Assembly: GCA_947627475.1 (NCBI GenBank)
Contig: CANQWE010000004.1
Coordinates: forward strand, 7 to 64,006
Source: an uncultured Clostridia bacterium
Lineage (GTDB): Bacteria > Bacillota > Clostridia > Oscillospirales > CAG-272
Reading direction: 5' to 3'
Length of the DNA: 64,000 nucleotides
Within the stretch, counting starts at the first letter, position 1. The number at the start of each line of letters is the position of its first letter. Positions 9,265 to 17,785 of the stretch are shown here, piece by piece. The notes below the pieces were generated by a model. That model saw only the letters and a list, made by a program, of their open reading frames with translations. It was not told the origin of the DNA and ran no database searches. A program made the translations under genes and the position numbers.

Positions 9265-9304
9265 CATATAATGTGACCGCATAAGCGGCAGAAATGGAGC
9301 TTCT

Positions 9305-9961
9305 ATGGAAATTCTGTATGAAGACGCAAGATTGATTCTTGTAATCAAGCCCCCTGGCGTCCCTTCCCAGGACGATCCCACCGGGCGGCCCAGCATGGTC
9401 GGTCTTCTCTCTGACGAAAGGGCCTCGCAGGTTTATTGTATACATCGGTTGGACACAGCGGTAGGAGGTGTTATGGTATATGCCAAAACAAAACAAGCAG
9501 CCGGCGCCTTGTCTGTACTATTTCAAAACAGTCAAGTGACAAAGCAATACTGTGCGATTGTCCATGGCGGGGGAAAAGGAGGCATTATGGAAGATCTATT
9601 ATATCACGATAAAAGAATCAACAAATCCTTTGTCGTGCAAACGCAGCGAAAGGGAGTAAAACATGCGGTGCTGGAATACAAAACAGTGAATACCCGTGGA
9701 GAACTGTCTCTTGTAAATATCCAGCTAAAAACCGGACGCCCACATCAAATTCGTGCCCAGTTTTCCTCCAGAGGCATGCCACTCCTGGGCGATCGAAAAT
9801 ATGGATCCCCCCAGCGCTGCCCAATCGCTCTGTGGTGTCATCATCTTTCTTTTGTACACCCCTTCACCGAAAAACAAATAATCGGTACTGTCCCTCCGCC
9901 ACAGGCAGAGCCGTGGATGCGATTTAAAGATTCTTTAGAAAATGGAGTTTCCAACTCATAA
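9305..9961 (+). CDS. RluA-family pseudouridine synthase (no S4 domain)
   Basis: HRLDTAVGGVMVYAKT catalytic-Asp motif and TGRPHQIR motif. Confidence 0.88.
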   Translation: MEILYEDARLILVIKPPGVPSQDDPTGRPSMVGLLSDERASQVYCIHRLDTAVGGVMVYAKTKQAAGALSVLFQNSQVTKQYCAIVHGGGKGGIMEDLLYHDKRINKSFVVQTQRKGVKHAVLEYKTVNTRGELSLVNIQLKTGRPHQIRAQFSSRGMPLLGDRKYGSPQRCPIALWCHHLSFVHPFTEKQIIGTVPPPQAEPWMRFKDSLENGVSNS

Positions 9962-9980
9962 TGAATATAAAAGTAAATAT

Positions 9981-10014
9981 AAAAAGGCTCCTCTCTGATG
10001 GGGAGCCCTTTTAT
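9981..10014. terminator. Bidirectional terminator between convergent genes
   Basis: GC-rich stem ggctcc / ggagcc flanked by an A-run and a T-run, between the stops at 9961 and 10017. Confidence 0.5.
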
Positions 10015-10016
10015 AT

Positions 10017-11180
10017 TTAAAAATACCGCTTTAATCCAGTCGGTGCTTCCGGCTTGCGTTCCTTGCCTTGCAGCATGCCCAGGAGTTCATCCAATTCATC
10101 GTCAGATATATCTTCACTGTCATCTTCTGCTGCAGTGCTCGTCTGCTCTGCCTCTTTTTTCTCTGCAGGCGCAGCGTCAACATTCATTTTTTCGTTTAAA
10201 TTCTTGGCGGATTCTGCCTCGTTTTCATTTTCAAAACCGGTAGCAATGATAGTGATTTTCATAGAGTCTTCCATGTTGGGATCAAACGCAACACCCCATA
10301 TCACGGTAGCATCCTCATGGGCCTCATCGGCAATCATAGTACATGCAGTATCGATCTCTTCCATACTGATATCCGGGGAAGCAGTAATATTGCCCAATAT
10401 ACCTCTTGCACCACTGATAGAGGTCTCCAGGAGCGGGCTGGAAATCGCCGCTTTTGCAGCCAACTCCGCCTTTTCCTTACCAGAGGCTTCACCCACGCCC
10501 ATGTGTGCAAAACCTGCGTCCTGCATAACAGATGTAACGTCCGCAAAATCCAGGTTAATATATCCAGGTACATTGATTAATTCGGAAATACTCTGCACAC
10601 CATGGCTGAGTACATCGTCAGCAATTTCAAAAGCATTGATCATGGTGATGGGCTTGTCCGATACCTGCTTGAGCCGCTCATTGGGAATAATTACAAGAGA
10701 ATCCACAAACTTGCTCAACTCTGCAATTCCAATATCTGCCTGTGTCTTTCTTTTTTTTCCTTCAAAAGCAAAGGGCTTCGTGACAATCCCGACAGTGAGC
10801 ATACCCATTTCTTTTGCGATCCGCGCAACAATAGGCGCCGCACCTGTTCCTGTACCGCCTCCCATACCAGTAGTAATAAACACCATGTCAGCACCGGTTA
10901 TGGCAGTTTTGATTTCTTCGATGCTCTCTTCTGCAGATTTTGCACCAATCTCCGGATTGGAGCCGGCGCCGTGTCCTTTGGTGATTTTCTCACCAATGGG
11001 AATTTTATGGGTTGCAGTAGAATGTTGCAGCGCCTGTTTATCTGTATTGATGGCGATAAAATCTACGCCGCGCACATTGGTTGTAATCATCCTGTTTACC
11101 GCATTGTTTCCGCCGCCGCCAACACCTACAACTTTTATATTTACGCCGCTTTCAAATTCTTCATCCAGTTCAAAAGGCAT
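10017..11180 (-). CDS. ftsZ: Cell division protein FtsZ
   Basis: [13 protein letters not shown] and tubulin signature [10 protein letters not shown]. Acidic C-terminal tail. SD ggagga. Confidence 0.97.
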   Translation of the reverse strand: MPFELDEEFESGVNIKVVGVGGGGNNAVNRMITTNVRGVDFIAINTDKQALQHSTATHKIPIGEKITKGHGAGSNPEIGAKSAEESIEEIKTAITGADMVFITTGMGGGTGTGAAPIVARIAKEMGMLTVGIVTKPFAFEGKKRKTQADIGIAELSKFVDSLVIIPNERLKQVSDKPITMINAFEIADDVLSHGVQSISELINVPGYINLDFADVTSVMQDAGFAHMGVGEASGKEKAELAAKAAISSPLLETSISGARGILGNITASPDISMEEIDTACTMIADEAHEDATVIWGVAFDPNMEDSMKITIIATGFENENEAESAKNLNEKMNVDAAPAEKKEAEQTSTAAEDDSEDISDDELDELLGMLQGKERKPEAPTGLKRYF

Positions 11181-11264
11181 ATTTCCTATCCTCCGTAATT
11201 GATTGGGGCACTGACCTGCACTTTCTTTTATATGTACACATGCAGGCAGAATTACATATATACT

Positions 11265-11293
11265 ATAATATACTGACTTGGCGAATTTTGCAA
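11265..11293 (-). promoter_or_regulatory. Candidate sigma-A promoter for ftsZ
   Basis: Minus strand reads TTGCAA, 17 nt, TATTAT in the AT-rich 250-nt gap upstream of ftsZ. Confidence 0.45.
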
Positions 11294-11432
11294 GATGTTT
11301 TGCAATATTTTTTTGTTTTTATTTTATTTTTTTGCAAAAAATCCAGTTTTTCAAGGGAAATAACCACATTTTTCCTATTGTTTACAATTGCAAAATATTG
11401 TGAATTCTGCAATTGCATACAAATAAATGCTT

Positions 11433-12593
11433 CTAATTCAGATCCAATTGGTTGTCGATAATTACGCTGGTGGCATTTAAGTCCGTCAGATCAACGCTGG
11501 CTTTGTTGTCTCCCGAAAAGAGCTCGTCTTCCAGCACGGCAACAGCCAAGCGAAGCTTCGTTTCGATCACATCCGTATTTCCAAAGAGAAGCTTGTATTT
11601 TTCATCACAGACCATAGCGATGTTGTGTGGACTTCGCAGATCTACCACACTGATGCGCCCTGCCAAATCTGACGCTGCAAGAGCATCCAAAACCGTTTGC
11701 ATATATGTCCCGCTGCGTTCATTGGAAAACACGATTTTTTTACCGGATATCGCTTCCTGAATCTGCGGGAGCTTTAATTTCATGAGGCCCTGCTCTTTTG
11801 CATCTGTTTTGGAAATTGGATCGAGCATTCTGAGCGAAGGAGAAATTTCCCAGAATTCTCCGTAAAATTCTGCATAATACATAGGGGCTTCTTCCTCAAT
11901 AGAAAAAGCAATGGATCCGGGCGGCGTACGTTCCACATCTACTGCAGACACATATGGACATTGCAACATGATTTTTTCCTGCACGACACGAGAGCTAAAG
12001 GAATATAAATGATCGCCCAGGTCAACGCCGCAGGAGGCAAGAATTTCTTCTGCAGTATATTGGCTGTTGCCGGTAGCATCCAAATTGCGTATTACAAATA
12101 AAAGCTGATAGGTAACAACGCACAGGACCACAAATACACCAAAGACCAATGCAACGGATATTAGGGCTTCCCGCAGTTTACGCCGCCTTCTTCCTTGAGA
12201 CGCCCGCTGATATGCTTCTACGCGTTTTTTTTCTTCCTGAGGGCCCCGATCCCAACGCTCTTGCTGATTTCTTGAAGTACCCTTCGACGTGGTCCTGTTT
12301 CCTTGGGACGTAGCGGGACGCTGCTGCCGATCCGACGCCGATGCACGTGCTGCGCTTTGGTGACCGGGGCGGGAACCCGGTTTAGAATCATGGGGGGTGG
12401 GCTGCATGCGGGAACGGAATCCGTCATAATACGCTCTGCCTGTGTTTGTATGAGACTTGTCCGCTCCTATAGAAGGTCTGCCTGGGGGGCGTGTTCTGGG
12501 AGGAGTCAACTGGGGACTGCGGCGCTGTGCCGCCTGCAGTTCTAAAAGCTGCTGCAATTTTTCTGCATAGTAAGCCTCTGCAGATTTACCCAT
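11433..12593 (-). CDS. ftsQ: FtsQ/DivIB-type cell division protein with a long basic low-complexity N-terminal tail
   Basis: Single TM helix followed by a POTRA-like extracellular domain. Position between murG and ftsZ. Start set to the ATG at 12593 (SD aaggggg); alternative start at 12611. Confidence 0.75.
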   Translation of the reverse strand: MGKSAEAYYAEKLQQLLELQAAQRRSPQLTPPRTRPPGRPSIGADKSHTNTGRAYYDGFRSRMQPTPHDSKPGSRPGHQSAARASASDRQQRPATSQGNRTTSKGTSRNQQERWDRGPQEEKKRVEAYQRASQGRRRRKLREALISVALVFGVFVVLCVVTYQLLFVIRNLDATGNSQYTAEEILASCGVDLGDHLYSFSSRVVQEKIMLQCPYVSAVDVERTPPGSIAFSIEEEAPMYYAEFYGEFWEISPSLRMLDPISKTDAKEQGLMKLKLPQIQEAISGKKIVFSNERSGTYMQTVLDALAASDLAGRISVVDLRSPHNIAMVCDEKYKLLFGNTDVIETKLRLAVAVLEDELFSGDNKASVDLTDLNATSVIIDNQLDLN

Positions 12594-12618
12594 TCGCTCG
12601 CCCCCTTTCAAAATCCAT

Positions 12619-13740
12619 TTATTTTTTGTTTCGAATCAGCTTCTGTATGTCCCGGAAAATACGCTTGTTGGTGTCTGGTACTGCAAAGCTGCTGATTTTT
12701 TCGCTTTGCTTTCGCCGCATTTCTGCACTTTCTGTAAGTTTGCAGACCACATCCCGCAGACTGTCGCTCAGCTGTTCGTTTTCCGGCAGCAAAGTCGCCG
12801 CCCCCTTGTCCGCCAAAACCTTTGCGTTTTTGTACTGCTGATTGTTGGTCACGTTGGGAGACGGGATCAGTACCGCACATTTTCCTGCAGCTGCAAGCTC
12901 CGAAATTGTCATGGCGCCGGCGCGGCATATTACAATGTCCGCCGCCGCCATCCGGCGCGGCATATCGAAAATATATTCTGTCAGGAACAAATTGTCAAAC
13001 CGGTCCAGTTTCTTATCCCGGAACCATCCTGCGGCAATATCCTTTTCAATGGATCCGGTGGCATGATAATGCAGGACATTTTCTCTCCCTCCGGTATACC
13101 GTTCCATTAGATCCAGCACTGCCGCATTGACCTTTTCGGCCCCCAAACTGCCGCCGTAGGACAAAATATACACAGTCCCCTCGGGGATCTCCAATTCTCT
13201 GCGCGCCGCTTCTCGGGAAATCCCCGTCCCCGCAAAACCTCCCCGCAAAGGGCAGCCTACATGGAGCAGTTTCTCGGGACAATGGAGTCCTTCCCCTGCC
13301 TCTGTAAAGTTTAAATAGATCCGGTCTACCACACCGGACAGCATTTTTACCGCCATCCCCGGAACTGCGTTGGACTCATGTAGGGCCGTAGGAATACCCA
13401 TACCTGCAGCCGCCTTTACCACCGGCCAGCTGACATATCCGCCGGTACCGATAACAATATCCGGCTTCCACTCCCGGATAATCCGGCGCGCTTTTCCAGG
13501 AGAAGTCACCGCCAGATAGGCCGCCTTTATATTTCGGGGCGATAGGCTGCGGCGCAGCCCCATCACATTGACGTGATACAGCGGATATCCGGCATCCGGT
13601 ACAAGCTTGTTTTCAATTCCTCTGTCCGTACCAACAAAAGCAATCTGCGCATCCGGTACATTTTCCCGGATCGTATCCGCGATTGCAATTGCCGGGTTCA
13701 CATGTCCTCCGGTACCGCCGCCTGTCATCAATACACGCAT
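12619..13740 (-). CDS. murG: UDP-N-acetylglucosamine--N-acetylmuramyl-(pentapeptide) pyrophosphoryl-undecaprenol GlcNAc transferase
   Basis: MRVLMTGGGTGGHVNPAIAIA N-terminus, GT28 family layout, dcw context. Confidence 0.95.
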   Translation of the reverse strand: MRVLMTGGGTGGHVNPAIAIADTIRENVPDAQIAFVGTDRGIENKLVPDAGYPLYHVNVMGLRRSLSPRNIKAAYLAVTSPGKARRIIREWKPDIVIGTGGYVSWPVVKAAAGMGIPTALHESNAVPGMAVKMLSGVVDRIYLNFTEAGEGLHCPEKLLHVGCPLRGGFAGTGISREAARRELEIPEGTVYILSYGGSLGAEKVNAAVLDLMERYTGGRENVLHYHATGSIEKDIAAGWFRDKKLDRFDNLFLTEYIFDMPRRMAAADIVICRAGAMTISELAAAGKCAVLIPSPNVTNNQQYKNAKVLADKGAATLLPENEQLSDSLRDVVCKLTESAEMRRKQSEKISSFAVPDTNKRIFRDIQKLIRNKK

Positions 13741-13762
13741 AAATGTTTCGCCTTTCCCTCTT

Positions 13763-15124
13763 CTATTTTTTCTGGTAGGAATGCTTTGAAATAGACAGCA
13801 GCATCCCCATTTCTCCCATCAGCATGATCAGTGCCGATCCGCCATAGGAAAAAAACGGAAGGGATATCCCTGTGTTGGGAATTAGCGCCGTCACCACCAT
13901 GATATTTAAAAACGCCTGTATGCCTACCTGACAGGTGATGCCGAAGGCCACCAGGGAAGAATATGTATCCGGCGCCTTTTTCGCGATGGTGATGCCTCTC
14001 CAAATAAAGGCTATATACAGCGCCACCAGTAAAACAGCGCCTACAAATCCCATTTCCTCACACCAGATAGTAAAAATAAAGTCATTCTGCGCTTCGGATA
14101 CATAGTTGTATTTTAAGCGGCTTTCTCCAAGTCCAACCCCTAAAAGGCCGCCGCTGCCTATTGCAAACAGCCCTTGAGTACTCTGCCACGCTTCGTTCAG
14201 TACGTCTGCTCCCTCGTTGCTGTGAGTAATAATCCGTTGCAGCGCGTAGTCGTTGGTCAAAAGATATCCAACACCGGCGAGCACTGCCGGGACCCCATAG
14301 CAAAGCGCCATTTTCCCAATATTGGCGCCGCTGAGAAATATGACGCAAATACCGATCATACCCAGAATGATCGTACCGGACAGATGCTTTTCCAGCAGCA
14401 CCAGACCACATACCAGCGCCAAAATTAAACCGGGAACGACGATCCCTTTCCAAAGGGACGCCTTTTTATTCAGCGGATTGGAGATTTCTTCAAAATGCCG
14501 GTCAATATACCAGGCAAGCATCATAATCAACGATATTTTTGCGACTTCGGACGGCTGAATGGAAAAGCCTCCGATAAAAATCCATCGCTGGGCGACGCCG
14601 CGGGCCGTTCCCATTACCAAAACCAGCGCTAAAAGCCCTAGGGAAACCAGAAAAAACGGCGGTGTCAGCTTTTTATAAACATTGTACGGAACAAAAACCA
14701 GCACGCTCATTACAATGCCCCCAAGGACCAGCCAGAGCAACTGATGGCGTATGTAATACAAACTGTCATTTTTGGATGCCAGTGCGTTGGGGTAGCTGGC
14801 GCTGAACACCATAATTGTTCCAAGACAAAGGAGCACCAATATGATAATCAGCATAGGGCGGTCCACACCATGTCTTACCCGCTGCACGCCCTCTTCCCAC
14901 GCCTGTTCTTTCTTTATCCGTTTAATCAGGGATCGCTCCCGTGTAGGAACAACTGCATTTTCTCCCCCTCCGGATGGGACACGACGCTGACGTACGCGCC
15001 CGTAAGGCTGCACACCGGGTGCAGAAGTGTTCCCGGAGGGTGCACGTCCTGCAGAATGCCGTCCCTGTTCCCCTCTGGGATTTTTGCTGCGTCCATATTG
15101 ATAAGACCGGTTCTCATTGCTCAT
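13763..15124 (-). CDS. ftsW: SEDS-family peptidoglycan polymerase (FtsW/SpoVE-type) with N-terminal extension
   Basis: Ten hydrophobic segments, PSEVAKI motif, dcw position. About 90 residues of R/G/P-rich sequence precede TM1. Start codon uncertain. Confidence 0.88.
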   Translation of the reverse strand: MSNENRSYQYGRSKNPRGEQGRHSAGRAPSGNTSAPGVQPYGRVRQRRVPSGGGENAVVPTRERSLIKRIKKEQAWEEGVQRVRHGVDRPMLIIILVLLCLGTIMVFSASYPNALASKNDSLYYIRHQLLWLVLGGIVMSVLVFVPYNVYKKLTPPFFLVSLGLLALVLVMGTARGVAQRWIFIGGFSIQPSEVAKISLIMMLAWYIDRHFEEISNPLNKKASLWKGIVVPGLILALVCGLVLLEKHLSGTIILGMIGICVIFLSGANIGKMALCYGVPAVLAGVGYLLTNDYALQRIITHSNEGADVLNEAWQSTQGLFAIGSGGLLGVGLGESRLKYNYVSEAQNDFIFTIWCEEMGFVGAVLLVALYIAFIWRGITIAKKAPDTYSSLVAFGITCQVGIQAFLNIMVVTALIPNTGISLPFFSYGGSALIMLMGEMGMLLSISKHSYQKK

Positions 15125-15152
15125 GTGATCTTATATCATCCTTCCTGTGCAA

Positions 15153-16151
15153 TCACAGCCCAAACCAGGCACAAACACAAAGACACGCTGTCAAAAGACT
15201 GAACACTGCTACAATTTTTATTTCGCTCCAGCCGCATTTTTCCAGATGATGGTGAAAAGGCGCCATTTTAAACAGACGCTTTCCTCCAGTCAATTTAAAA
15301 TACATAACCTGAAGCATAGTAGATGCAGTTTCAAATATATAAACCAGACCGCATACAACCACGATCAGAGGATTATCCATCATAAAGGCTGCCCCTACAA
15401 CGAGGCCGCCGAAAAAGAGAGAGCCGGTATCCCCCATAAACACTCTAGCAGGATAAAAGTTATAAATAAGAAATCCAGCTGCTGCGCCTGCCATGATGGC
15501 GGCCACCGTCGCAAGGCCCGGCGCAGGGACTGCCGCATGAAACAGGGCTGCTGCTCCATAAAACAAGCCAACAATCAGCGTCATAGAGCTGGCAAGCCCG
15601 TCGATCCCGTCTGTAAGATTGACACTGTTCATCATACCGCACAAAAGCAGCAGTGCGACAATATAGTAAGCGATGCCAAAATCGATGGCGATATCCAGGT
15701 AGGGAATGTACAGCTCTGTAGTAATTTGTCCAAATCGGCTCATACCAAACAGGTATACGCCAGAGCATATTAGCTGCAGCAAAAACTTCTGGGGGGCTGT
15801 AAGTCCCTCGTTTTGCTTTTTACGAAGCTTCGCCATATCGTCGATCATACCAATCAGTCCGCTAGCCACAGCCATAGCCAAGGTAAGCACCAGCGCAGGG
15901 AGCTCCTTTGCCCCCTCCCGCAAAAAAATGATTACGCAGGCAGAAGTACCGGTGATCAAAGCTGCAATAATAAAGGCAAGACCGCCCATAGTGGGGGTGC
16001 CCTCTTTGTTTTTATGCCATCGGGGACCGATTTCCAGAATTTTTTGTCCCATTTTATGACTGGCAAGAACCGGAATCAAAAAATGAGAAATCCCCGCTGT
16101 TAGCAAAAAGGTAACGGCAAATATGCCGATAAAGAATACGGGATAAAACAT
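15153..16151 (-). CDS. mraY: Phospho-N-acetylmuramoyl-pentapeptide transferase
   Basis: GTPTMGG and IDDMAKL motifs, polytopic membrane protein. Start is either the ATG at 16151 (GGAGGG 3-4 nt upstream) or the ATG at 16175. Confidence 0.93.
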   Translation of the reverse strand: MFYPVFFIGIFAVTFLLTAGISHFLIPVLASHKMGQKILEIGPRWHKNKEGTPTMGGLAFIIAALITGTSACVIIFLREGAKELPALVLTLAMAVASGLIGMIDDMAKLRKKQNEGLTAPQKFLLQLICSGVYLFGMSRFGQITTELYIPYLDIAIDFGIAYYIVALLLLCGMMNSVNLTDGIDGLASSMTLIVGLFYGAAALFHAAVPAPGLATVAAIMAGAAAGFLIYNFYPARVFMGDTGSLFFGGLVVGAAFMMDNPLIVVVCGLVYIFETASTMLQVMYFKLTGGKRLFKMAPFHHHLEKCGWSEIKIVAVFSLLTACLCVCAWFGL

Positions 16152-16220
16152 ACACCCTCCGCATTTTGTTTGCATTCACCATGTTAGTCAAATGTAAAAT
16201 TATACAAATCTATTAAAATA

Positions 16221-16249
16221 AGTATACCATATTTCCCCGCTTCGGTCAA
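16221..16249 (-). promoter_or_regulatory. Candidate internal dcw promoter upstream of mraY
   Basis: Minus strand reads TTGACC, 17 nt, TATACT with TGg extended -10, in the 100-nt AT-rich gap between murE and mraY. Confidence 0.55.
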
Positions 16250-16278
16250 CCTGTAACGGGATATTTCCTACGCCCATA

Positions 16279-17727
16279 TCAGCCCTTTTTCAATCGTTTT
16301 ACCGTTTCAAAAACAATATCCCGCTCAGAAAATGGCGATTTACCTTCCGGTCCCGTTTCATAATTTTCATGGCCCTTTCCCGCAAGAAGGATGGCATCTC
16401 CCGGCATAGCAGTCTCAACGGCATAAATAATCGCCTCTCGTCGGTCAGGGATGACAGCATCCGGCTGTGTCCGCATGCCCCCAAGAATATCTTGAATAAT
16501 GGCGTCTTTATTTTCTGTCCGCGCATTGTCCGACGTAATGATGACCCGATCGGATAACTCCTCTGCCAAGCGGCCCATAACAGGACGCTTGCCCTTATCC
16601 CGATCGCCTCCGCATCCGAAAACCACTGTGAGCCGCCCGCTGCGCGGTACTGCTTGGCGGAGTCCTTCCAAAGCAGCGCGCAAGGCATCCGGCGTATGCG
16701 CATAATCGATATACACATCAAATCCAACGTCTGCAGATCGAACGATCCGCTCCATTCTGCCGCTGATCCCGCTCACCCCGGCAATCCCCCTGATCACATC
16801 TCCGGTAGAGATTCCCATTTCAAGAGCGGCAATTGCCGATAACATTGTATTATATATGGTAAAGGCCCCTGCCACCCTGGATCGAATTGGCAAAGACTTG
16901 CCTCTGTACTGAAGTTGATACGCTACACCTTCCGGACGTATCCTCCGATTTTTTGCCATATACAAACCAGCATGAATTCCCCGGATTCTCCGTCCGTAGG
17001 GATCATCTCCATTGACGACTGACGTTTTGCAATTGTCAAACAAAGATGCTTTTGCCTGAAAATAGGATTCCATATCTTTGTGATAATCCAAGTGCTCCGC
17101 AGATAAGTTGGTAAAAATTCCCGTTTCAAAATAAAGGGGGTCTGTTTTTCGCTGAGCCAAGGAGTGGCTGGATACCTCCATGACCACCGCCTGCGCCCCG
17201 TTTTGTTTCATATACGCCAGCATTCCGTATAAGTACCGCGGATCTGGGGTGGTCATGGCTGCGGGTATATCGGGATTCTCCGCCCCTTCCCAGGTGATCT
17301 GCTGCCCACCCAGCCGATACCCCAAGGTTCCGATTGTACCCGTTTGCATTCCGGCAGCAGATAGAATCCCCGACAAGAATGACAATGTAGATGTTTTTCC
17401 ATTGGTTCCTGTAATCCCCACAAGACGCAGGGACCTGCCAGGATTCCCGTAAAAATTATTCCAGACAACTGCGGCAGCCTGCCGCGTATCTTCGACCAAA
17501 ATACAAGGTATACCGGAAAGATAGGTATCACAAATGCAGGCGGCTGCACCTCGCAGCACCGCTTCACTTGCGTACCGATGTCCGTCTCTTGTTGTGCCCC
17601 GCAGGCAGATAAAAAGCCCTCCTGGACGCACACTTCTGGAGTCTGTTGCCGGGAAAGATATATCGGCATCCATAGGAGCCCCGCAAACCCTATAGTCCAG
17701 TCCTATTAATAAATTCGTCAGTTGCAT
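16279..17727 (-). CDS. murE: UDP-N-acetylmuramoyl-L-alanyl-D-glutamate--diamino-acid ligase
   Basis: GITGTNGKTS P-loop and Mur ligase middle and C-terminal domains. DNAR in place of the DNPR motif, so probably meso-DAP type. Confidence 0.93.
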   Translation of the reverse strand: MQLTNLLIGLDYRVCGAPMDADISFPATDSRSVRPGGLFICLRGTTRDGHRYASEAVLRGAAACICDTYLSGIPCILVEDTRQAAAVVWNNFYGNPGRSLRLVGITGTNGKTSTLSFLSGILSAAGMQTGTIGTLGYRLGGQQITWEGAENPDIPAAMTTPDPRYLYGMLAYMKQNGAQAVVMEVSSHSLAQRKTDPLYFETGIFTNLSAEHLDYHKDMESYFQAKASLFDNCKTSVVNGDDPYGRRIRGIHAGLYMAKNRRIRPEGVAYQLQYRGKSLPIRSRVAGAFTIYNTMLSAIAALEMGISTGDVIRGIAGVSGISGRMERIVRSADVGFDVYIDYAHTPDALRAALEGLRQAVPRSGRLTVVFGCGGDRDKGKRPVMGRLAEELSDRVIITSDNARTENKDAIIQDILGGMRTQPDAVIPDRREAIIYAVETAMPGDAILLAGKGHENYETGPEGKSPFSERDIVFETVKRLKKG

Positions 17728-17766
17728 AAAAAACCTCCGGAAGATTTATTCTTTCAACTTCCGGAG
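17728..17766 (-). promoter_or_regulatory. Stem-loop plus T6 that sequesters the murE Shine-Dalgarno (attenuator or terminator candidate)
   Basis: Minus strand reads ctccggaag-13 nt-cttccggagG TTTTTT ATG. 9-bp stem, and the GGAGG lies in the 3' arm directly before the murE ATG. Confidence 0.55.
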
Positions 17767-17785
17767 ATTTTTCGCTTCTGTTTTT

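Noticed and set aside
8893-9304. SRP RNA, 6S RNA, T-box or riboswitch identity for the structured gap
   Set aside because: I found no SRP domain IV core (GGAAG...AGCAGCC-like), no T-box sequence and no recognisable riboswitch core by eye. It stays as an unassigned structured region pending a covariance-model scan.
9152-9496. 114-aa minus-strand ORF in the serA-rluA gap
   Set aside because: It overlaps the 5' end of the RluA-family gene, has no SD and has odd composition. The region is better explained as structured non-coding DNA.
10054-11202. 382-aa plus-strand ORF (and 10602-11198)
   Set aside because: It is antisense to ftsZ, with a Ser/Ile/Ala-rich low-complexity translation.
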